From NCBI GenBank assembly GCA_051008935.1, contig JBPCXB010000144.1, positions 1-49,603 of the forward strand: DNA of 49,603 bases. Direction: 5' to 3'. Positions 37,523 through 45,900 of the stretch are shown piece after piece (position 1 is the stretch's first letter; each line of letters opens with the position of its first letter). The position numbers were made by a program, and so were the translations under genes. Source of the DNA: Gammaproteobacteria bacterium. Its GTDB lineage: Bacteria; Pseudomonadota; Gammaproteobacteria; JBPCXB01. The notes beneath the pieces are model-generated. The model worked only from the letters and a program-made list of their open reading frames with translations, did not search any database and was not told where the DNA came from.

Positions 37523-39877
37523 CTATTGCGCTTTGCGCAGCGGATTATCCGGGACTTCTTGCTTGACGGGGATCACCCGCTGTTGCTCAATCTGTCTGGG
37601 GTAGATATTATCGGTAGCATCTACATCTGCGGTAGTCCGCTGCGGGTCAAATTCCACTGAAGACACCGCCTGTTCGGTCAACAGTGCATAGCGCGCCCGT
37701 TTTTCGTTATAACGCCAGACCTGAGCCGGCAGCAGAATATCTCGGCTAGCGCCGTTTTGCAAATAAATACGCAAGGGCACAGGGGTGATCATGGTACCAG
37801 TATTTTCAAGCTCCACCACATAGATGTGGGGCTGTTCCTGTTCAAACAGTTTGCGGTCTATATCCGTCAACCGATCCAGCAGTTTTTGATAGGTTCGGCG
37901 ATCCAAGGTGGTAGGCTGCTCGGGGTCATAGCTGTCGTAAAAATCGCGCAATTCGGGCTTGCGCTCAACCAAGGTCTTGATGTCGGCATTGCGCGCGTCA
38001 ATCAGCCGCAAGGGGCGTTGGCGTTTCTGCTCAGCGGCCAAAGCACTTTCCGTATCAGGATCGCCCGACACCGGCAACAGAGCCTGCACCGAGTGAATAC
38101 CTACAGAAACATATCCGTGGCGGTAGAACCAAGTGTTCCAGAACCAATCCAGATCCTGCCCAGACGCATCCTCCATGGTGCGGAAAAAGTCAAACGGCGT
38201 AGGGCGCTTAAATTTCCAGCGGCGGGCATACTCCTTGAACGCAAAATCAAAAACCTTGCGTCCGAGCACTAGCTCTCGAAGCACATTCAAGGCCACAGCC
38301 GGCTTGTTGTAAGCGTTAAAACCACGGTGCCTCAGCCTATCGCCATTGGACATGATAGGCAGTGCATCGAGGTTTTTCATATCCTGAGCAGTGGCATCGA
38401 TCCAGCCGCGCCTAGAGGGGTAATTCTTGGACCATTCCTGTTCCGTTAGAAATTGCAAAAAGGTATTCAGGCCTTCATCCATCCAAGTCCATTGCCGCTC
38501 ATCGCTGTTGACGATCATCGGAAAAAAATTGTGTCCTACTTCATGAATAGTCGTTGAAATCAAGCCGTATTTGGAATACTTGAACGTCTCAGAGATTGCA
38601 GGATCAATAGCCCCCCAATAGGTCTTATCTGGGTAGGGGCGCGAAGACATCATAGTCAGCATGGGGTACTCCATACCGAACACAGGCCCGTTGACCTGCA
38701 CAGAGGTTGGATAAGGATAAGGGAACGTCTGACGCGAATACACCTCCAGTGCCAGAGCGGCGGATTCAGAAGCATAAGGCCGCCAGAGTACGGCAGATTC
38801 TTCTGGATAAAACGACATGACCGACACCCACTGCTCGTCGATCTTAACGCCACGCATATCCCAGAGGAAAGCGCGCGAAGCAACAAAAGCAAAATCACGC
38901 ACCGAAGAAGCGCTGAATTGCCATGTTTTCTTTTTAGTCGAAGGCTTGCGCCCGATCAAAGTGCGCACCTCTTCCGTATCATAGATCATGACAGGCTTTT
39001 TCGACCTCTGTGCCCGCACATACAGCTTGCGCTTTGAGCCAGAGAGCACCTCAGTGAAATTGGTCAACTCGCCAGTAGCGGCAACCAAATAGTCATCCGG
39101 AAGGGTAATTGCAACCTTGAAATCGCCAAATTCCAAACTGAATTCAGCCACACCCAAGAAACTATGATTCTGCCAGCCTTTATAGTCCGTATAGGCGGCT
39201 ACCCGTGGATACCACTGCGCCGCCATGAACACCAATTCGTTGTTCTCAAATCTGGAATAGCCAGACCGTCCGCGCATACGGTCCAGATCGACCATTTGAT
39301 ACCACCAATCGATCTCCACAACAATATCATCCCCAGTTTCTAGAGGCGCAGGCAGATCAATACGCAACATCGTATCGACCAGCTGATAGGATAATTCCTG
39401 TTCGCCGCTGGCAACCCGAGTTGTATTCATCCTGCCATAGAAAAAATAGCTGCTGATCATGTTGGTTAGATCACTGTAGCTAAGCTTGGATGCTTCACCC
39501 TTGAGAGTACGGCTGCGATTAGCCAACGAATCTGCATGGAAACGGTTCTGATCGAGCTGAACCCAGATATAGGTCAATTTATGGGGCGATCTGTTGTGGT
39601 AGCGGATAGACGCCGTTCCATACACATATTTACTGGCAGGATCCAGCTCAACCTGAATATCGTAATCTACGCGCTGCTGCCAGTATCCGGGCCCGGGTGC
39701 GCCAGACCCTAAACGTTCCGCCCCCGGAGCAGGCCAGACGTATTCGAGCTGCTGAAAGTCTGAGTCAGCACTCTTGGTATTTGCGCCCTGCGTTAACCCT
39801 AGGCTTGGCATCAGCAGGCCCACAGCCAGCATGGTGCCGTATACATATCTCAATCGGTCCTGCATGGGCCTCCTCAT
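37523..39877 (-). CDS. Secreted M1-family zinc aminopeptidase
   Basis: Signal peptide, PGYWQQRVDY, GMEYPM, HEVGHNFFPM..WMDEGLN (HExxH..E). Start may be 39865. Confidence 0.93.
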   Translation of the reverse strand: MRRPMQDRLRYVYGTMLAVGLLMPSLGLTQGANTKSADSDFQQLEYVWPAPGAERLGSGAPGPGYWQQRVDYDIQVELDPASKYVYGTASIRYHNRSPHKLTYIWVQLDQNRFHADSLANRSRTLKGEASKLSYSDLTNMISSYFFYGRMNTTRVASGEQELSYQLVDTMLRIDLPAPLETGDDIVVEIDWWYQMVDLDRMRGRSGYSRFENNELVFMAAQWYPRVAAYTDYKGWQNHSFLGVAEFSLEFGDFKVAITLPDDYLVAATGELTNFTEVLSGSKRKLYVRAQRSKKPVMIYDTEEVRTLIGRKPSTKKKTWQFSASSVRDFAFVASRAFLWDMRGVKIDEQWVSVMSFYPEESAVLWRPYASESAALALEVYSRQTFPYPYPTSVQVNGPVFGMEYPMLTMMSSRPYPDKTYWGAIDPAISETFKYSKYGLISTTIHEVGHNFFPMIVNSDERQWTWMDEGLNTFLQFLTEQEWSKNYPSRRGWIDATAQDMKNLDALPIMSNGDRLRHRGFNAYNKPAVALNVLRELVLGRKVFDFAFKEYARRWKFKRPTPFDFFRTMEDASGQDLDWFWNTWFYRHGYVSVGIHSVQALLPVSGDPDTESALAAEQKRQRPLRLIDARNADIKTLVERKPELRDFYDSYDPEQPTTLDRRTYQKLLDRLTDIDRKLFEQEQPHIYVVELENTGTMITPVPLRIYLQNGASRDILLPAQVWRYNEKRARYALLTEQAVSSVEFDPQRTTADVDATDNIYPRQIEQQRVIPVKQEVPDNPLRKAQ

Positions 39878-39911
39878 CTATCTCTTGTCTCTCTTATAGC
39901 CGATGCTATTT

Positions 39912-39988
39912 TGGTCGGAGTGACTGGATTTGAACCAGCGGCCCCTGCCTCCCGAAGACAGTGCTCTACCAAGCTGAGCTACACTCCG
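39912..39988 (-). tRNA. tRNA-Pro(CGG)
   Basis: Reverse complement CGGAGTGTAGCTCAG...CTGTC-TTCGGGA-GGCAG...GTTCAAATC...CACTCCG-ACCA, 77 nt. Confidence 0.97.
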
Positions 39989-40073
39989 TCAATGTCAATA
40001 CGATGCTTCTATAGCTTTTTTTATGCACAAACGAAACCGACCCGCACTTATTATTGCCATCGATCCATCCTGT

Positions 40074-41147
40074 TTACAGCCCCTGTAGCATCGCTGCCTG
40101 CTCACGCATGCGTTCCGGGCTGCCCAGCAGTTGCCGATTGACACCCATTCTTTTATACCAAGCGTGCAAGCCATATTCTTGCGTAAAACCTATACCGCCA
40201 TGCACCTCTGTAGCCGTGCGCGCAATAAACGACCCCACCTCGGCAGCAAGCGCACATAACTGGCAAGAGAGCCAAGCTGCTTGCTCGTTCTTTATATCCC
40301 AATAATGGGCGGCCAGCCAAAATAGCGAACGCAGCGGCTCAAGCTCAGCTGCCATTTCAGCACACAGATGCTTGACGGCCTGAAACGAGCCGATGACTTG
40401 GCCAAATTGCTCACGCTCCAATGCGTATTCAACGGCACGATACATCATGTGTTCGGCAGCACCTAAAGTCTCTGCTGCCAGCGCAATGCGCCCAGCCTGC
40501 ATAATCGTCTGAAACTGCTGCTGATCCGTCAACTGCACTGCAGCAACCTGCTCCAACAGCAACTCAGAAAACGCGCGCTGCTTGTCGATACTGGGCATTG
40601 GCCGAGTGCTCAAACCAGCCGCCTCGGGTTCAACCAGATACAGCCCGGCTTCCGTGCTGATCAACCACACATCCGCACCGGCATCCGCACTCGGGGAGTC
40701 AATAGCCATCAACGAACGGCCCGAAAGCCTATTATTACCCCTATCCAAATCCACGCCAAAACCGGCCCTGTCAACGATTGAGTGCGAAACAGCCAAGCCA
40801 AAGCGCAGCTCAGAATGCATCATTTTGGTTGCATAATCCTGTGCAATAGGCGCTTTAAAAGCATTCAGAGCCAGCGGGATCATCACTCCGGCACTGTGCC
40901 AGCTGCACGGCGCGCAGGCGCGCCCGATCTCCTCAGAGATCAGCGATGCTTCCAGCAGCCCTAAGCCACTGCCACCATGGCTTTGACCGACCAGAGCGCC
41001 AAAGGCACCAATCTCGGCCAGCTTGGTACTGTACTCAGCGGCTCTTTCCAGTGCAGGTGCCTGACCAGGCAGATGCGCAGCATCCTTGAGCATACGGCGC
41101 AGCGACTGTTGCAACAGCTGCTGCTCCTCAGTCAACGCAAATTCCAT
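40074..41147 (-). CDS. Acyl-CoA dehydrogenase, short (beta-type) subunit of a heteromeric pair
   Basis: MEFALTEEQ, REQFGQVIGSFQAVKH, VHGGIGFTQEY..KR..LLGSP; start overlaps the stop of the upstream ACAD. Confidence 0.88.
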   Translation of the reverse strand: MEFALTEEQQLLQQSLRRMLKDAAHLPGQAPALERAAEYSTKLAEIGAFGALVGQSHGGSGLGLLEASLISEEIGRACAPCSWHSAGVMIPLALNAFKAPIAQDYATKMMHSELRFGLAVSHSIVDRAGFGVDLDRGNNRLSGRSLMAIDSPSADAGADVWLISTEAGLYLVEPEAAGLSTRPMPSIDKQRAFSELLLEQVAAVQLTDQQQFQTIMQAGRIALAAETLGAAEHMMYRAVEYALEREQFGQVIGSFQAVKHLCAEMAAELEPLRSLFWLAAHYWDIKNEQAAWLSCQLCALAAEVGSFIARTATEVHGGIGFTQEYGLHAWYKRMGVNRQLLGSPERMREQAAMLQGL

Positions 41148-42328
41148 CAGCGTTTTCCTCTCGGCATATTCAGCCCTCTTTCACTGATGATATTTTTCTG
41201 AATCTGCGCCGTACCGCCACCAATGATCAGACCCAGCTGAAACATATTCTGCCACTGCCAGCTGCCTCGGTCGCGCAAATGCTCGCCCGCTTCATACAGA
41301 ATACCCACCTCTTCCAGGGCATCGATAGCCAGTCTGGAAATCTGATAGTTCAACTCGCAGCCATTCAGCTTGACCGATAAACGAGCCAGAGTATCGCTCT
41401 GATCCGGCTTGTGCGAGCACAAAAGACGCATAGCATTGGCGCGCATAGCCCAGAGCCGAGCCTGCAACTGCATCAGCCGGTCTCTAATGAGGGGCTTTTT
41501 AATCAAAGCTTCGCCTTCGGGTGACTCGTTTTGCAGTAGAGCCACCAAGCGATTGAAGCGCATCAGAGCAGCATCTGGATCGCCCAGCATCCCCCGTTCA
41601 TGTTTGAGGGTATTGTTGGCAACCACCCAGCCTTGCCCCCGTTCGCCCACCATACTTTCTGCCGGAATACGAACATCCGTAAAAAACACTTCGTTAAATT
41701 CAGACGCACCAGTCATAGTCACCAGAGGGCGGACCTCAATACCGGCACTATCCATAGGGATCAAAAGATAGCTGATGGCACCATGCTTTTTGACCTCCTC
41801 GTCTTCCGTACGCACCAAACAAAACATCATGTCGGCAAACTGAGCGGTGCTGGTCCATATCTTATGGCCGTTGATAACCCACTCATCACCTTCAAGCACA
41901 GCTTTCGTCCGCAGGTTCGCCAGATCCGACCCAGCACCCGGCTCCGAATAGCCCTGACACCAGACGGTATCACCGGTGATAGTAGAGCGCACCCAACGCT
42001 CTTTCTGGAGTTCAGTGCCATAGGCCAACACCGTAGGCACCAGCATGGAAATGCCCTGATTCGACAAGCCCGGCAGCATCTGCATACGCGCAAATTCTTC
42101 AGCAATAATAGTGCCGATCAAAGGATCTGGGTCAGCACCAAAGCCGCCGTAAAGCGCCGGAACCGTTCGGCAGGCATAGCCTTTCTCTATTAACAGCTTC
42201 TGCCAACGCAACCCATCACCCTGCGGCCTAGCCCCTCCAGTGCGCGGGGCCCAATCGGCATGCTGCTGCAGAAAAGCGCACAGCTCCGTGCGAAAAAGCT
42301 CATGCTGTTTTGACCAATTCAGGTTCAT
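41147..42328 (-). CDS. Acyl-CoA dehydrogenase, catalytic (alpha-type) subunit
   Basis: WCQGYSEPGAGSDLA, INGHKIWTS, FNEVFF, TLKHERG, IGGGTAQIQKNIISER; ATG at 42328 with GAGG upstream. Confidence 0.92.
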   Translation of the reverse strand: MNLNWSKQHELFRTELCAFLQQHADWAPRTGGARPQGDGLRWQKLLIEKGYACRTVPALYGGFGADPDPLIGTIIAEEFARMQMLPGLSNQGISMLVPTVLAYGTELQKERWVRSTITGDTVWCQGYSEPGAGSDLANLRTKAVLEGDEWVINGHKIWTSTAQFADMMFCLVRTEDEEVKKHGAISYLLIPMDSAGIEVRPLVTMTGASEFNEVFFTDVRIPAESMVGERGQGWVVANNTLKHERGMLGDPDAALMRFNRLVALLQNESPEGEALIKKPLIRDRLMQLQARLWAMRANAMRLLCSHKPDQSDTLARLSVKLNGCELNYQISRLAIDALEEVGILYEAGEHLRDRGSWQWQNMFQLGLIIGGGTAQIQKNIISERGLNMPRGKR

Positions 42329-42392
42329 ACCACCCTCGTATAATCCGTTTCGCTTCAAGCACCCGGCAACAAGTCATTTTATCTTGTACTAA

Positions 42393-42822
42393 TTACTCTT
42401 TTTCTAAAGGCGGACTGGTACTTTTTTTCTAAAGGCGTTTTGAGTCGAGCTCAAAACGCGTAGTAGTGTAGAAGGAATCTGAGCTCAAAGCTATCTAGTG
42501 CACAACGTTGCCTGAACTTGTTTCAGGCAACCTTTAGTGAAAAAACCAGTAAAAAAAGCCAGCAATTAGCTCCAAGCGCATTCCCCCCACAGCGTCATGC
42601 TGCGCGGAGTGAAACGGAGTCGCAGTATCCAGCCAACCTTTACTCAGGTTACGCTTGTGTAAGACGTATCGCTTCTTTTTCTAAAGGCGTTTTGAGTCGA
42701 GCTCAAAACGCGTGGTGGTGTAGAGGCGGTTGTGTTTAAGGCGCGTAATGGTGTAGCAGGAATTTGTGTTTAGGTCTGTCTAGTGCCCTACGCTGACCGA
42801 ACTCGTTTCGGTCAGCCTTTAG
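42393..42822. repeat. Left cluster of REPIN/MITE-like modular repeats (units 42429-42537 and 42681-42822)
   Basis: Units bounded by CTAAAGG...CCTTTAG, each end containing a 10-bp-stem hairpin, with 1 or 2 internal ~33-bp modules. Confidence 0.85.
42594..42630. repeat. Isolated REP-like palindrome of a second type
   Basis: GTCATGCTGCG-CGGAGTGAAACGGAGT-CGCAGTATCC: stem ATGCTGCG/CGCAGTAT; resembles GTCAT-starting REP families. Single copy in the window. Confidence 0.45.
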
Positions 42823-42953
42823 TAATAGCAAAATCAAAAAGTCACGCAAAATATTAGGTAACATAGGTATTGCAACAGAGTCTTGCGTCCGTGGCTGAAA
42901 AGTGTGCAGCCAAACGCAAACACAGTATGAATAGGGCAAGGGAGAAAACAACA

Positions 42954-45900
42954 ATGCATGCAATAGTTAACCACTACCACCGGTTTACAAACCTGGTATC
43001 AGGCACGTTACTATTCCTGATTACCGCACTGGTGTTAGCCGCCTGTAGCAGTGGTGGTGGCGGCGGCGGGGGCGGTGCCGATCTAGTCATTGAGCCAGCC
43101 AATGAGGGTTGGGACTTTCAGGTCACCGCATCGGTCAGTAGTGCGGTTGTAGCAGTTGGCGACTCTTTCACTCTGACTGCTATGGTGAGCAATGCCAGCG
43201 ATGCTAGCGCGCCATCACCTGCAAACACACTGACTTATTACCAGTCAAGCGATGCAACTATTGACTCAAGCGATACCGAGCTGGCTACGGATGCAGTGGC
43301 TAGTTTGGCTGTGGGCGCTTCAGACACTCAAGATATAACCCCAACGGCACCAACCGCTGCTAGTACATACTACTATGGGGCCTGTATGCCGGCCACTGGT
43401 GACGAACTGAATGCATCGGATAACTGCAGTTCAGGAGTGGCCGTAACTGTTACCGCTGGTTGGGACTTTCAAGTCACCGCATCGGTCGATAGTGCTAATG
43501 TAACGGGTAGTACCCCTTTCACGCTGACCGCTGTCGTCAGCAATGCCGGCAGTGCTAGTGGACCAACTCCTACTAGAACGCTGAGCTATTACCAGTCCAG
43601 CGATGCCACTATCGACTCAAGTGATACCGAGCTAGACACGGCTGCAGTGGCCAGCTTGGCGGCGGGCGCTTCGTCGAACCAAAGCATTGATGTAACCATT
43701 GCATCGGCTTCTGGCACCTACTATTACGGGGCCTGTATGCCGGCTGACTCTGGTGATGTAGATGCGTCTAATAATTGCAGTTCTGGGGTAGAAGTTACTG
43801 TTACCAGTGGTTGGGACTTTCAAGTCAGCCTATCGGTCAGTAGTGCTAGTGTAGAGGTCGAAGAGGCTTTTACAGTGACTGCTGTAGTGAGCAACGGCGG
43901 TTTTGCCAACCAACCATCACCTGAAAGCACACTGAGCTATTACCAATCCAGCGATGCCACCATCAGCTCAGCCGATACCGAGCTAGACACGGATGCAGTG
44001 GCCAGCTTGGCTGTAGATGCTTCGGACACTCAAAGTTTCAACGCAACGGCACCATCAGTTGCTGGCACCTACTACTATGGAGCTTGTATACCAAACACCG
44101 GTAACGAATTAGAAACGTCTGATAACTGCAGCGCCGGAGTGGCCGTCACTGTGGGCGGTTGGGACTTTCAAGTCACGGTATCTGCTGATAGTGTTGTAGA
44201 GGGTGGTCAATTTTTTGTGCTGACTACTGTTATTAGCAATGCTAGCGATGCTAAGGGCCCAACACCTGCAAGCACACTGACCTATTACCAGTCCAGCGAT
44301 GCCACCATCGACTCAACCGATACCTCGTTAGGCACGGATCCAGTGGCGTCTTTAGCTGTAGATGCTTCGGACACTGAAAATATCACCCTAACGGCACCAG
44401 CGGCTACTGGCACCTACTATTACGGGGGCTGTATGCCGGCCACCGGTATCGAATTGAATGCGTCTGATAACTGCAGTCTCGGTGTAGCCGTAACCGTTTC
44501 CACAGGTTGGGACTTTCAAGTCACCGCATCGGCCAGCAGTGCGAGTATATTGAAGGGCAAAGATTTGACGCTGACTGCTGAAGTAAGCAATGCCAGTGAT
44601 GCGCTTTCACCATCACCTGCAAGCAGGCTGAGCTATTACTACTCCAGCGATGCCACCATTGACTCAAGCGATAGTTTTCTAGCTAGTAACGCAGTGCCTA
44701 TCTTGACAGTGGGTGCTTCACTCACCGACGCTATCACAACAAATACCGTGTTTCTTGCTCATGGCACCTACTATTTCGGAGCCTGTATGCCAGCTACTGC
44801 AGGTGATGCAAATGCGTCTGATAACTGCAGTGCCGGGGTGGCCGTAACCGTTACCGGTGGTTGGGACTTTCAAGTCAACCTATCGGTCAGCAGCGCTAGC
44901 GTAGAGGTGGGCGACTCTTTGACGCTGACTGCTGTAGTGAAAAATGCCGACGGTGCGGCTCTACCAACACCTGAAGGCACACTGCTCTATGAAGAACTGG
45001 ATAGTGATTATAATGTCACCCTCATTGGAATGGATACAGTGCCTATCTTAGCAGTGGGGGATTCGTCCACCCAAGATTTCAGCACAACGGCTCCAGCGAC
45101 TGCTGGTTCTTATACTTATAGAGCTTGTGCGCCATTCGGTGGAATGGAACAACTTCCTGGTGATAACTGCAGTTCTTTGGTGGCCGTTACTGTTACCAGT
45201 AGTTGGGATTTCACAGTCACCGCATCGGTCGACAATACCAGTGTAGCGGTCGGCGACTCTTTCACGCTGACTGCTATGGTGAGCAACGCCAGTGATGCTA
45301 GCGCGCCAACACCTGCAAACACGCTGCGCTATTACCAATCCAGCGATGCAACCATCAGCTCAGCCGATACCGAGCTAGACACGGATGCAGTAGCTGTCTT
45401 AGCTGCGGGCGATTCGTCCAGTCAAGATACAACCCCAACGGCACCAGCGACTGCTGGCACTTACTACTACGGGGCCTGTATGCCGGCCACCGGTGATGAA
45501 GCAAATGCAGCGGATAATTGCAGTGCCGGGGTGGCCGTTATCGTGGGGGGGTGGGACTTTCAAGTCACCGCATCGGTCAGCAGTGCTAATGTATCGGGTA
45601 GTACCCCTTTCACGCTGACTGCTATGGTGAGCAACGCCAGCAGTGCTGATGGATCAACTCCTACAAGTACGCTGACCTATTACCAATCCAGCGATGCGAC
45701 TATCGACTCAAACGATACCCCGCAAGGCACGGATCCCGTGGCTAGTTTGGCTGCGGGTACGTCAGACACTTACAGCATCGACCCAACAGCACCAACCGCT
45801 TCTGGCACCTACTATTACGGGGCCTGTATGCCGGCTACCGGTACCGAATTGAATGCAACGGATAACTGCAGCTCTGGGGTGGCCGTCACTTTTACCAGTG

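Noticed and set aside
42870-42953. TTG start extending the giant lipoprotein
   Set aside because: ATG 42954 has a GGAG RBS and gives a normal-length lipoprotein signal.
43053-43076. Poly-Gly tract as a phase-variation switch
   Set aside because: Mixed GGT/GGC/GGG codons with only a short G run; an ordinary lipoprotein linker.
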